Shown here: one piece after another, positions 30,460 through 40,550 of the stretch
Layout of the letters: each line of letters starts with the position of its first letter
How positions within the stretch are numbered: the stretch's first letter is position 1
Source of the DNA: Candidatus Freyarchaeum deiterrae
GTDB taxonomy: Archaea; Asgardarchaeota; Jordiarchaeia; Jordiarchaeales; Jordiarchaeaceae
Assembly (NCBI GenBank): GCA_037305845.1
Contig: CP147778.1
Coordinates: forward strand, 1,696,001-1,760,000
Reading direction: 5' to 3'
DNA length: 64,000 nucleotides
The notes under the pieces: model-generated
Database searches by the model: none
What the model saw: only the letters and a program-made list of their open reading frames with translations
What the model was told of the DNA's origin: nothing
Translations under genes and position numbers: made by a program

Positions 30460-32757
30460 TTAAATCAAAAGAACCTGAGCCAGAATCCATGCTATTTGAG
30501 CAACTCCGTCCCCGGTGGCTATTCCCGCTAATACATTCTGGTACTTTGTTTCCTCTTTGAAATATTTGGCCTGATCTGATTTATTCTTTCGGTAGACGAA
30601 ATAATTCAGAAGTCCTCCTAAAAATATTGTGGCGCCATAAGCTGGAGTTATCAATAAACCTACTGCGAGGGATATAGACGACCAGTTATACCTCGCTAAA
30701 ACTAATCCAATCGCAAATCCCGCAGCACCGAATATTAACCAACCGTATCCTTGGGGGTATGCTCCCACAAACCAGCTTTGTAAATAAAAGGGTTTAAAAT
30801 AATCAGAAATCTGTGGACTAATAAATTTAAGATTATTCGGAAGAAGTTGATTAACCACAAAATTTATCGGATCAGAAAATAGACCGGCCAATCCAATACC
30901 GCCAGTAGCAGCAGCAGCAACTCCTGCCAAGCGACTAAGCCAAGACAAAGAACTATTTGCTTCCATTAATGCCACGTATATAAGCCCTGAAATTTGTGCT
31001 GATGGTGCCGGAAAAGTTACGGTGCCGAACCCTCCCCATGCGTAGAGTCCCATTATGATGAATGCTGAAACGAAGGCGCCGAAAACTATTCCCACAAGCA
31101 TTGATTTCGTGACTACTCTGTCCTTAACCTTAATGACGCGGCCTACCTTAACCCTTGCGACATAATTCGCAGTTGATTGTTGCCATGTGCTGAGGATTGT
31201 TGTGAAAATGATGATGCTTGGAAAGTTTACTAATAGCAGAATTGCGGGTACGACGAGGCCATCTGTTAAATAGTTAGCCACGTAGCCAGCTTCACCAGAA
31301 GCAACTGTAAACACCCACGCTGATAAGGCAAGTAAGGGGGAGCCGGCCAAAGTTAGATACCAAGGAATGTCGAGAATCTTATATCCCCAAATATTTCGGC
31401 TTATTGGGTTATTTGTGTTAAATATTAGTATTGTGCCTATTGCAAAGATTGCTACGGATAAAATCATTATGTAAAATTTTTTCCCTTTTACACTCTCTCT
31501 GAAATTGGCTATGCCAACGCTAATTGATTGTTTACTTTTGGCAAATCTACTTATTTTTTCTGCTGCAAGGTATGGCGCGGCTTGTTCTGCATCGATTTTC
31601 CCTTCGGCTGCTTCTTTGATTACTTGGTCGCGGAGTTCCCGCATTTTTTTCTGGTCTTCATATCGCTTTAAGGCATATTTTAAGACAACTTCCCAAACTA
31701 CGAAGGATGCTATAACACCCAAGGCGGCGTAATAAAGCATGGGCAACCCTATATGGGTTCCATAATTTGCTAGCGAGCTTTGTCCCTCCCAAATAACCCA
31801 CACAATAATAGACCAGACAGACCCCGCGAAAAGTATTAGGGTTCTTTTCCATCCCATAAAGTAACCTACAGCAAATACAAGCGGCTGGTTTATAATTCCC
31901 AAAAAGTTAGGCAACCGGCTGCTGGTCGAATACGTCCAGAGTGTCTGCTGATCGGGTGTTAGGGTGGTTAACCAAAACTGTTTAAATGTAGTCATCCAGC
32001 TTGGAAAAATAGTTGTTTGTGGGAGCTGGAATAGGTTCTGCTTAAAATAAGTTCCTAAAACCGTGAATATACCTGTGTAAACTGCTGCAATCCCCATTCC
32101 TTTCAAGAGTCTGTTTTTAGCCTCCTCCACATCGCCCAATCCTTCAATTGTCCTATAAGCTGGGACAACCATCGGCCAAGGCAATTTTAACAGTTGCTCT
32201 TTGAGTGGAAACATTAAAAACAAGCCAGCCACTCCCGCAAAAAGTCCTATTGTTATTAGAAGCTGTGGCGAAATTATAGTGTTGTACCATGACTGGCTGC
32301 TAAAAAAGGATGCAAGATATGGATTAATGGGATAAAGAAATTGGTAAATGGGAGTAAGATTGGCATAAATGGGATTAACCAAGTAGAAAAGAGGATCATA
32401 ATATTTTTGGCTAATTGTCTGAGAATAAATAACTATTGCTGGTAAGCTGGCAATCATACCACCGCCCACTAAAAGGGATCCCTGCGCAATACTAGTGACT
32501 ACTACATTTTCAGCGGGATCATATTTACCCTTGATTGATAGAAGTATGTATCCAAACAATACAGTGCCTGCTACGAATGTGATTCCTGTCTTTAGGTTAA
32601 TATAGATTGCAAGAAAGGCGTAGAGAGCACCTATACCACAACCGTAAATAACAGCTCTCTTTGTAATAGGCGACCGTTTAGAAGTCTCTGGAGCTTGTTC
32701 AACTGGGATTTCTGGACTTGGTTCCGCTGGGGTCTCTTGTTTACGTTTTCTAGGCAA
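30460..32757 (-). CDS. OPT/YSL-family oligopeptide transporter-like membrane protein
   Basis: Many TM segments; YINLKTG, ENVVVTSIA, LPWP, FPAPSA, AGIATGD. Confidence 0.75.
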   Translation of the reverse strand: MPRKRKQETPAEPSPEIPVEQAPETSKRSPITKRAVIYGCGIGALYAFLAIYINLKTGITFVAGTVLFGYILLSIKGKYDPAENVVVTSIAQGSLLVGGGMIASLPAIVIYSQTISQKYYDPLFYLVNPIYANLTPIYQFLYPINPYLASFFSSQSWYNTIISPQLLITIGLFAGVAGLFLMFPLKEQLLKLPWPMVVPAYRTIEGLGDVEEAKNRLLKGMGIAAVYTGIFTVLGTYFKQNLFQLPQTTIFPSWMTTFKQFWLTTLTPDQQTLWTYSTSSRLPNFLGIINQPLVFAVGYFMGWKRTLILFAGSVWSIIVWVIWEGQSSLANYGTHIGLPMLYYAALGVIASFVVWEVVLKYALKRYEDQKKMRELRDQVIKEAAEGKIDAEQAAPYLAAEKISRFAKSKQSISVGIANFRESVKGKKFYIMILSVAIFAIGTILIFNTNNPISRNIWGYKILDIPWYLTLAGSPLLALSAWVFTVASGEAGYVANYLTDGLVVPAILLLVNFPSIIIFTTILSTWQQSTANYVARVKVGRVIKVKDRVVTKSMLVGIVFGAFVSAFIIMGLYAWGGFGTVTFPAPSAQISGLIYVALMEANSSLSWLSRLAGVAAAATGGIGLAGLFSDPINFVVNQLLPNNLKFISPQISDYFKPFYLQSWFVGAYPQGYGWLIFGAAGFAIGLVLARYNWSSISLAVGLLITPAYGATIFLGGLLNYFVYRKNKSDQAKYFKEETKYQNVLAGIATGDGVAQIAWILAQVLLI

Positions 32758-33003
32758 TTAATTGTACCACGCAAAACTTTTGATAAAACTCTAGCTTTCA
32801 TATGTCTTAAAAACTTTGTTCTTAATGCAAGAAATAGAATTCGTTGTTACTATAAAACTTGACGAATAACACCTTAGAAAACATCGAAGTAAAAGCGCAA
32901 AATAAAAATAAATCTTGAAAATATAAGGTTTAAAAATAATGAGAAAGACTTTTTAATAAAAAACAACAACAATATTTCCACCAGAACTTGGAATTAAATT
33001 AAT

Positions 33004-33139
33004 GGGCCCATAGCTCAGCTTGGTTTAGAGCGTTCGACCGTAACCGGATTGATTGCGGGACGAAGCTGATAACCGAAAGACCTCAAGGGATTCTCCGAAA
33101 GGGTCGAAGCCGCGGGTCCGAATCCCGTTGGGCCCACCA
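33004..33139 (+). tRNA. tRNA-Ile(GAU) with introns at 30/31 (33037-33064) and 45/46 (33080-33108)
   Basis: Acceptor GGGCCCA/TGGGCCC+ACCA; spliced anticodon arm TTCGG-CT-GAT-AA-CCGAA. T loop reads TCCGAAT. Confidence 0.88.
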
Positions 33140-33307
33140 TCCCAAAAATCTCCTGATTCTAATCCGCCTTTAAGATTATTTTAATGTGAAAATTTCGTGT
33201 GAATAGAAGAATTTTTTTAGAATACAGAAATTATCGATAGATTTAAATTAAGCTCTCTACATAAAATCCTTAACTCTATTATAGTAGCGGGAAGAGTGGC
33301 GCTAGTT

Positions 33308-33446
33308 AGCGGGATAGATGAACTCTCTATTGAGGGCTCACGTCCAAGGTAGATTAGCTCTTCGTAAAGAAGAGAAAGCCCACCCAGGAGATCCCGCAGG
33401 GCTCATAACCCTGAGATCGGTTGTTCAAATCAACCTCCCGCTACCA
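33308..33446 (+). tRNA. Initiator tRNA-Met(CAU) with introns at 10/11 (33318-33347) and 15/16 (33353-33383)
   Basis: A1-U72 (AGCGGGA/TCCCGCT); three G-C pairs in CAGGG-CT-CAT-AA-CCCTG; spliced D arm GGGTAGCCAGGAGATCCC is typical of archaeal initiators. Confidence 0.92.
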
Positions 33447-33540
33447 TTATTCTAATTTTTCAAATTCTATGATTTCAAGAAAATTCGGCCACTAATCTCT
33501 TTATCACAAGTATCTAATAACTAAAAAGAGGAATAGTTTG

Positions 33541-34380
33541 TTACTCTGTTTTTACTCCTACGAATCGCCAGAGGGGGCATATCCATTTTAGGTATGTGTG
33601 TTTTGCGTAGAGTTCGACTAGTCCTGGGAGGTTTTTTGCTATTTTTTGTTTTATTTTTCCCGCGGGGTCTTGTGGTAGCGGGTTGTGGAAGGATTTTAGT
33701 TTTAGGCTTAGTTCTATTGAGTAGAGTTTTATTCCTTCGTTTTTGAATACACTGATCATTTTTGGGAATGTGGGTTGGAATGGTACGAAAGTTTTGCTGG
33801 CTCTCCCTGTTGCTCTTACGTATATGTCTGCTAGTTTTCGGGGTAGGAGTGATTCGAAGGGCAGGGCGTAGTGTCCGTCTCTTAGAACTATTAGGGGTGC
33901 TATTCTGTTGGGGCATGTCACGTACACTAGTCCACCGGGTTTGATTACTCTGCTTATTTCTTTAACGCATTTTTTTGCATCTTCAACGTGTTCCATTACA
34001 TCGTTTAAAGATACTATATCAAAAGTTTTGTTTTTGAAAGGCAGATCCAGTCCGCTGGCTCTTAGGAGGTATACTTTTTGGTTATTATCTTGTGCCCATG
34101 ACCGGGCTATTAGTGGGTACATTTTTTCTATGTCCATGCCCACTTGTTGTGTTCCGCTTTTGGAGAATGCTATTGATATTCCTCCCGAACCGCATCCAAG
34201 GTCTAGAAATCTTTTGCCTCTCAGATTTGTGAAATGTTTTAGGAGGTCTACTATTTCCTGTCCTCTTTCGATGCCTTTGAAGGTGTATTCTGTGTAGGGT
34301 GCGTATAGTAAGTGCGTTTGGGGAAGGAATGGGCCCACAAATTCGTCCCACAGTTCTCTGGTGGTTTTTTTACTAGACAT
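33541..34380 (-). CDS. Class I SAM-dependent methyltransferase
   Basis: FLDLGCGSGG, LPF..KTFD, DVMEHV, KPGG. Confidence 0.88.
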   Translation of the reverse strand: MSSKKTTRELWDEFVGPFLPQTHLLYAPYTEYTFKGIERGQEIVDLLKHFTNLRGKRFLDLGCGSGGISIAFSKSGTQQVGMDIEKMYPLIARSWAQDNNQKVYLLRASGLDLPFKNKTFDIVSLNDVMEHVEDAKKCVKEISRVIKPGGLVYVTCPNRIAPLIVLRDGHYALPFESLLPRKLADIYVRATGRASKTFVPFQPTFPKMISVFKNEGIKLYSIELSLKLKSFHNPLPQDPAGKIKQKIAKNLPGLVELYAKHTYLKWICPLWRFVGVKTE

Positions 34381-34549
34381 TTTTTTCCTCGCCTGAAGGT
34401 AGTACCACTTTACGTTAAAACGACTGACTTTAAAGTTTTCCTTATTCTACATGTTTCAGTGATAAAATTAGTTAATAATACAAATTTGGGAATAAATGAG
34501 TAGATTGAGAGTGTTTACATCCTTTTTCCGGCTTTTGTAATTTTAGCTA

Positions 34550-35365
34550 TTATTGGGAGTCCTTATTTTTCTTTCCAATGAATATCCAGAAGGGGCTTAT
34601 CCATTTCAAGTATAAGTGTTTGCTGTAAAAATTTATGAGGCCGGGGAACTTTTCATATAGCGAAGATTTTTTAAATTCGTTGATCTTGTTTTCGAGTTCA
34701 AATGAGTAGAGTTTTATTCCTGCTTTTTTGAACATTTTAATCAGTTTTGAGTATGTTGGTAAGAATATTACCTCTGTTTTTTCTCCTCTGTTAGTTGCTC
34801 TTACGTATATGTCTGCTAGTTTTCTTGGTAGTAACACTATTAGTGGTAAGAAGTAATGGCTGTCTTCCCATATGTGTCTGGGCGACATCTTGTTTGGACA
34901 AGTTATGTAAAGCATTCCGTCTTTTTGGAGTAAGCGAGATACTTCTTTTACAAGATTCTCTGGTCTTTCTAGATGTTCGATGACGTCGCTACAGATTATC
35001 ACATCAAATGATTTATCTTTGAAGGGCATCTCTTCTCCGCTTGCGAGCATCTGGTTAAGTTTTACTCCATTTTCTTCCGCCCATTTTTGTGAAACAGTAG
35101 TATACTTCTGTCCTGTGTCGAAATTGACCGTTTCTATACCGTTTTTGGCAAATGCGATGGATATTCCTCCAGAGCCTGAGCCCACGTCTAGAACACGCTT
35201 TCCTTTTAACTGTTTGAACTTTTTGAGCGTGTCAATTAGCCATTGCCCTCTCTCTATTCCCATGAAAGTATATTTTAAGTATAGCTCGTAGAGCCTATAT
35301 GACCCCAGAACCCTTGGTGCTATGAGTTCTTTCCAGAGTTCTTGGGCTGTCTTTTTATGAGCCAT
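34550..35365 (-). CDS. Class I SAM-dependent methyltransferase (tandem paralog of 33541-34380)
   Basis: VLDVGSGSGG, DVIEHL; shares LLPRKLADIYVRAT and KHxYLKWI with its neighbour. Confidence 0.88.
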   Translation of the reverse strand: MAHKKTAQELWKELIAPRVLGSYRLYELYLKYTFMGIERGQWLIDTLKKFKQLKGKRVLDVGSGSGGISIAFAKNGIETVNFDTGQKYTTVSQKWAEENGVKLNQMLASGEEMPFKDKSFDVIICSDVIEHLERPENLVKEVSRLLQKDGMLYITCPNKMSPRHIWEDSHYFLPLIVLLPRKLADIYVRATNRGEKTEVIFLPTYSKLIKMFKKAGIKLYSFELENKINEFKKSSLYEKFPGLINFYSKHLYLKWISPFWIFIGKKNKDSQ

Positions 35366-35496
35366 AATAACTCCTCATCTGAAAGTATTTCGAATTAAAG
35401 CTCAGAAGCTAATAAATTTTTGGTATTAAAAAAAGGCTTGGTGTCGATATTTGAAGCTCATAGACTTTTCGTTTTCTTGGTATTACTACTTGTTTT

Positions 35497-37032
35497 TTAA
35501 CCGTATAGACTTTGGTTTCGATAATTTTCGGGTTGGTCGCTTTTATTCGAAGTTTGTTGGGAAAGTGATAATCCTTTTTCTAGGGCTGTTTCAAGGGAGC
35601 CGAATTCTCTCTTTATCTGCTCTTCTACTGGTGCACATAGTTTTATAGCTTGGCTCATATGTGTGCGCTCTATGAGTGGGCTTTCAACTTCCAGTGTGAG
35701 GTCTCCCGCCATTCTTATGACTCCTCCAAGGTCTCTGAGTCTAAGAGTTAAAGCGTCCTTTTTACCATCAATTGTTTGCGCTCTCCTTTTTGCTTCCTGA
35801 ATTAGTTCTTGTATTGCTTCTCTCGCTACATGCGGGATTCGGCCGTCTGCGGCAACCTCTTGTGCGACAAACTGAGCAATTCTAGCTCTGTTTTCGGGGG
35901 TGTCAAGCATTGTTGAATTCAATAATACCTCGTATCCGTTACCCTGAATTCTGGATCGAAGGGCTGAAAGCACTAACATTAGGTCGTTTATCATTACCGC
36001 CCCAACAAAAATAAAATCACAGGGGACGGAATCAACTCTAACGCTTGAGCCGCTGCTCTGCGGGTTTCTCCCACTGATACCCAATTTTTTATCTTGCATA
36101 GCTGTTAGAAGGAATGTTTGTAGATGTCTTAACTGGGGTAATTCATCAATATACAAGACCCCTTCATGCGCCTCGTGAATTAATCCCGGTACAACTCTAG
36201 TATACGGCGGTGTACCAAGTTCCGGATGATTACCATATGGGTCATGTTTTACATCACCTAAGAGTTCTGTTTCGCTGGCACCAGTTGCTTGTAGAAACGT
36301 TTTCCTCTTTAAGGGAACAAGAACTTTACTAGGCCTGCTCCTTTCCATCTCTCTAAGTTCCTCGAGAGCGGTTTGATTCAAAATTCGCACCGAAGGTTTC
36401 AACGGGTCGGAATCTATCTGCTCATAAACTGTAACCTCTTGCTTTCCATTTACTCTCTTAATGTACGGCACGATTCTGTTTGTCTTATTTTGTCTCTTGG
36501 ACGAATTGAACATTTCAGTCTCAAACAAGTCTCGAAAGGGTGATGTTGCTTTTATATCATCATAAACTTCTTTTCCTTCGCCACATCCTTTACATCTCTT
36601 CTCAGAAGAAGGGCTCAATGTACCGCATTTTTTGCATTTAAACCCAAGCTTTATAGCTACTTCAGGAGGAATCTTATCCGGTTGAACAAGTTCCCCGATA
36701 TCTCTCCCTCTATCCGTCTCCCCGTCTACTCTTGTTTCTACAAATGGTCTCTCCGGATTCTTGGGATTATCCACAATGCATATTTCTTCTTTGGGCGGGG
36801 GAAGCAAAAACGCCATCGCCTGAGCTATCATAGACTTTCCGACACCCGGATGACCAACCAGCAGTAGGTGTCTCCTTTGCCGTACAGCTAGTTTAGCCAT
36901 TTTAACCGCATGATCCTGCCCTATTACCCTGTCCAGAGGATTTTGAGGTATTGCAATGTCCTCAGTAGTTTCAAGTTCTTCTATAAAGAACCCTAAAACC
37001 GGATTTAATAAGGAGTTATGAGTATCTGTCAA
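35497..37032 (-). CDS. LonB-like AAA+ ATPase lacking the protease domain
   Basis: LDRVIGQD, Walker A GHPGVGKS, LLGDVKHDP, AHEGVLYIDE, ALRSRI, LTLRLRDLGG. Ends before any Lon protease domain. Confidence 0.85.
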   Translation of the reverse strand: MTDTHNSLLNPVLGFFIEELETTEDIAIPQNPLDRVIGQDHAVKMAKLAVRQRRHLLLVGHPGVGKSMIAQAMAFLLPPPKEEICIVDNPKNPERPFVETRVDGETDRGRDIGELVQPDKIPPEVAIKLGFKCKKCGTLSPSSEKRCKGCGEGKEVYDDIKATSPFRDLFETEMFNSSKRQNKTNRIVPYIKRVNGKQEVTVYEQIDSDPLKPSVRILNQTALEELREMERSRPSKVLVPLKRKTFLQATGASETELLGDVKHDPYGNHPELGTPPYTRVVPGLIHEAHEGVLYIDELPQLRHLQTFLLTAMQDKKLGISGRNPQSSGSSVRVDSVPCDFIFVGAVMINDLMLVLSALRSRIQGNGYEVLLNSTMLDTPENRARIAQFVAQEVAADGRIPHVAREAIQELIQEAKRRAQTIDGKKDALTLRLRDLGGVIRMAGDLTLEVESPLIERTHMSQAIKLCAPVEEQIKREFGSLETALEKGLSLSQQTSNKSDQPENYRNQSLYG

Positions 37033-37134
37033 TTCACGGCACCTCAACTAGGTAACAAAAAAATCAATTCTAAGATAGATAAAGTCAAGTATTCTCCTTG
37101 TGATATAGAAAGAGTCAATTATCTTTTATTATGC

Positions 37135-37731
37135 TCAAATTGATACTTGAGACACTTGGTAATAAGTTACTTCACCATGCCTATTAACGACGGCCATTTG
37201 GAGCTTCTTTCTAGTTGAAACAGCCATTTTTGTAACTCTATCCAAGTCATCTAAACCTATGGGGGCGCCTTCTCTTACAATGTAAATGAGGCTTTTTGAA
37301 GTATCTGTTCCGAGTTTCGCGCCTCTGGGGTATAGTCTGAAGTCTATGTTTCCCCCGTATCCCGCCCTGACGATATATCCTCGTGATCTTAAATCTCTAT
37401 AAACCAGATACTTTAACCAAAGGTCGGGGTTTGTCTTCATAAAAATCTTGGTAAGGGTCTGAAAATTTAAACTTTCATTATTATCGTTAAATACTTCTAA
37501 TCTGTTCCTTTCTACGAGAAGTAGGGCTTCCTCTGAAGATAATTTTAGTGTTCCTTCTTCCTGGATTTCTCCATAAAAGCCTTTTTCATAAACTTTCTGT
37601 GCATCCTCAGAATTGACTATTACGGTATCCTCTATAAGGTGAGCTGTGGACTTTTCTTCAACTTCCTCCTCCTCTCCTTCTTCTACTTCTTCTTCCTCTT
37701 CTATTTCATTTTTTTCATTCATTAACTCCAC
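37135..37731 (-). CDS. endA: tRNA splicing endonuclease subunit, probably structural (beta)
   Basis: GFYG, LSSEEALLL, YLVYRDLRSRGY, DFRLYPRG, RKKL, GEVTYY. The catalytic His position reads DTS. Confidence 0.88.
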   Translation of the reverse strand: MELMNEKNEIEEEEEVEEGEEEEVEEKSTAHLIEDTVIVNSEDAQKVYEKGFYGEIQEEGTLKLSSEEALLLVERNRLEVFNDNNESLNFQTLTKIFMKTNPDLWLKYLVYRDLRSRGYIVRAGYGGNIDFRLYPRGAKLGTDTSKSLIYIVREGAPIGLDDLDRVTKMAVSTRKKLQMAVVNRHGEVTYYQVSQVSI

Positions 37732-37794
37732 CAGACTTTTATTATATAGATGCTAGTAATTTTGTGTCTACTGATTCCTTATTGGTGTACACGT

Positions 37795-38295
37795 ATGGTG
37801 TATGATAAATTAGAGGATACGCTTAAAAAATTTCTGAATAAGCCTAGGAAGATTGTATTACTGGGTGTTGGAAGCGAATTTCATGGTGACGATTACGTTG
37901 GAGTGGAAATCTGTAAAAGGTTAAAAAGCAAAATCTCTAAAAAAGTCTCTATTATTGATGCTGGCGTTTCTCCAGAAAATTTTGCGGGCAAATTACGCAA
38001 AATTAATCCCTCGCATATAATTATATTTGATGCCGCTGATATGAATTTGGAACCGGGAACAGTGAAATTAATCAATTCATCCGAAATTGGAGGGCTGTCT
38101 ATTTCAACCCATCATCTCCCTCTAAGTTTATTCATAGAATATCTTGAAAAAACCATAAACTCCTCTGTAATCCTTATTGGTGTTCAGCCTAAATCCATCG
38201 AGTTTAGCGAATCACTATCTCCTGAACTAGAAAAAGCTGTACAAAAACTCTCTAGTATTCTTGAAAAGGTTCTGGGTGAAATTTTCACAAACTAA
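37795..38295 (+). CDS. hycI: Hydrogenase maturation protease (HycI family)
   Basis: LGVGSEFHGDDYVG, PEN, FDAAD, STHHLPL, GVQP. Confidence 0.88.
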   Translation: MVYDKLEDTLKKFLNKPRKIVLLGVGSEFHGDDYVGVEICKRLKSKISKKVSIIDAGVSPENFAGKLRKINPSHIIIFDAADMNLEPGTVKLINSSEIGGLSISTHHLPLSLFIEYLEKTINSSVILIGVQPKSIEFSESLSPELEKAVQKLSSILEKVLGEIFTN

Positions 38296-38364
38296 TATAA
38301 AAAAGATAGTACTAAATGTCTTAGCATTACCCAGTTTATTAATTAGAAATAAAAACTATTAAGA

Positions 38365-38937
38365 TTGGAGGCTCAACCATTGGAAAGTATTCGAGCTTTC
38401 ATCGCGGTAGAAATTAAGGATAATACTTTAATTCAAAAAATTCTTGATATTCAAAAAGAATTTTCGCAAACAAGCGCAAACCTTAAACTTGTGGAACCAG
38501 AAAACATCCACTTTTCACTCAGATTTCTTGGCAATATTAGCTCAGCAATGGTCGATAAAATTTACGAAGCCATGAAAAGTGTTAAATTTAGCCCTTTCGA
38601 ATTAGAACTCTACGGTGTAGGTTGCTTTCCCAGTTTATCTAGAATAAACAATGTTTGGATTGGAACTAGAAAAGGTAAAGAAGAGATCACCCGAATATAT
38701 GACGAGTTAGAAGAGCAAATTATAAAGCTCAAATTTAAACCCGAGGGGAGAGGGTACACTCCACATGCAACTATTGCAAGAGTGAAAAGCGCTTACAACA
38801 AGGATAAGTTGGCTAAAATAATTTCCAAATTTTCATCTTTAGAAATCGGCTCGATGACAGTAAACACTGTGCAATTAAAGGAAAGTAAATTAACACCAAA
38901 AGGACCAATATATAGTACCTTGAGAAGCGCACCTTGA
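38365..38937 (+). CDS. thpR: RNA 2',3'-cyclic phosphodiesterase (2H family)
   Basis: RAFIAV, HFSLRFLG, PHATIAR, GPIY. Confidence 0.92.
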   Translation: MEAQPLESIRAFIAVEIKDNTLIQKILDIQKEFSQTSANLKLVEPENIHFSLRFLGNISSAMVDKIYEAMKSVKFSPFELELYGVGCFPSLSRINNVWIGTRKGKEEITRIYDELEEQIIKLKFKPEGRGYTPHATIARVKSAYNKDKLAKIISKFSSLEIGSMTVNTVQLKESKLTPKGPIYSTLRSAP

Positions 38938-38987
38938 AAAATTTAGAACTTTTCGATTTAAAATATTTATTTTTTGGGGATTGAACT

Positions 38988-40394
38988 TTGGATCTCAGGA
39001 TGCTGTGTGAAGAGGTATCCCAGAAAATCACTCCTTCTGAAGAAGATAAAAGGAAAGTCCAGAATTTATCCAAAGATCTTATTAGACGAATAGAGGAGGA
39101 AGCAGCTAAACTAAAGATCAATGTTAACCCCGCACTTGTGGGTTCGATTGCAAAGGACACCTGGATAAAAACAAATCCCGAAATCGACATCTTTATTGTC
39201 TTCCCAAGATCCTACACCAAAGAAGAAATCGGAGAACTGGGATTAAAAATTGCAAGAAAAATAACCGGAGATAAAGGCAAAGAACAATACGCCGAACACC
39301 CTTATTTACGAGCCGAAGTAGAAGGTTTCCAAGTAGACTTTGTCCCCAGCTTTGAAATCAGCAACGCTACGGAACGCATCTCCGCCGTTGACAGGACACC
39401 ACTTCATACATCATACATCAAAAAAAATCTCGACGAATCTTTGAAAAAAGAAGTTAGGCTTTTGAAACAATTCCTAATGGGAATAAACGCTTACGGCGCC
39501 GAAATCAAAGTCGGAGGATTCTCCGGCTACCTATGCGAACTCTTGCTGGTTAAATACCCCTCCTTCCAGAATCTCCTCGAAGCCTGCATCAAATGGAAAT
39601 CACGACACATAATCGATATAGAACACCATTACGCTGAAGAAAAAGAAATCCAAAAAATTTTTTCGGAACCTCTCGTTGTAATAGATCCAGTAGATCCTAA
39701 GAGAAACGTTTCAGCAGCATTAACTAATCAAAAAATCGGAGAATTCAAAGCAGCAGCGAAAGCATTCCTTGAAGCACCCAGTGAAAACTTTTTCTTCCCA
39801 AGACAAATTACTCCCTTCAAACCTGAAGAACTTCAAAACCTTATTCAAACAAAAGGAACAGACACCTTATTCCTCGTATTCGAAACACCAAACATACCCC
39901 CTGACACCTTATGGGGGCAACTATACAAATCTCAGGATGCTATTAAAAACTTTTTAGAATCCGAAGATTTCAAGATAACTAACGAGGGAGTTTGGTCCCA
40001 AGAAGAAAAAACCATTTTAGTGTTCGAATTTGAGAGCGCAATAATTTCTAAAACATACAGGCACTTGGGCCCTCCTACTGGAAGTGTGGGGCAAAAACCT
40101 TTCATAAAAAAATACATTAAATCGGAAAAGAGCATATCCGGCCCGAGAATAGAAGATGGAAGATGGGTAGTTGAACTCCCACGTAAATACACCAAAGCTG
40201 ATAAACTGGTGGATTATGAAATACGTAACAAATTAAACAGTCTGGGTCTCGGAAAATACATCGCAAATAAAATCTCGGAACATTTCGACCTCTTTCTAAA
40301 CGTGGAAATCTCCAATATCTACAGTAAAAACCCTGATTTCGCTAAATTTCTAACAAAATATTATTCAGGGAAGCCCAGTTGGCTGCCAACCTGA
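38988..40394 (+). CDS. cca: CCA-adding enzyme (class I)
   Basis: VGSIAKDTW...EIDIF, YAEHPY, SAVDRTPLH, GGFSGYLCELL, DPVDPKRNV. Confidence 0.95.
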   Translation: MDLRMLCEEVSQKITPSEEDKRKVQNLSKDLIRRIEEEAAKLKINVNPALVGSIAKDTWIKTNPEIDIFIVFPRSYTKEEIGELGLKIARKITGDKGKEQYAEHPYLRAEVEGFQVDFVPSFEISNATERISAVDRTPLHTSYIKKNLDESLKKEVRLLKQFLMGINAYGAEIKVGGFSGYLCELLLVKYPSFQNLLEACIKWKSRHIIDIEHHYAEEKEIQKIFSEPLVVIDPVDPKRNVSAALTNQKIGEFKAAAKAFLEAPSENFFFPRQITPFKPEELQNLIQTKGTDTLFLVFETPNIPPDTLWGQLYKSQDAIKNFLESEDFKITNEGVWSQEEKTILVFEFESAIISKTYRHLGPPTGSVGQKPFIKKYIKSEKSISGPRIEDGRWVVELPRKYTKADKLVDYEIRNKLNSLGLGKYIANKISEHFDLFLNVEISNIYSKNPDFAKFLTKYYSGKPSWLPT

Positions 40395-40550
40395 AACATC
40401 TTCAACACTCTTGACCAAATCCAGAATCCATAAAAATAGTTCATAAAATAATAGAAAAAAATGAAAAATTTAATTTTTCTCAGCAGCAACCGATCAAGGT
40501 AACCTCAAAAGTACTCGCCTTTTACTAAACTCGGAATCGCAGTAAATACT

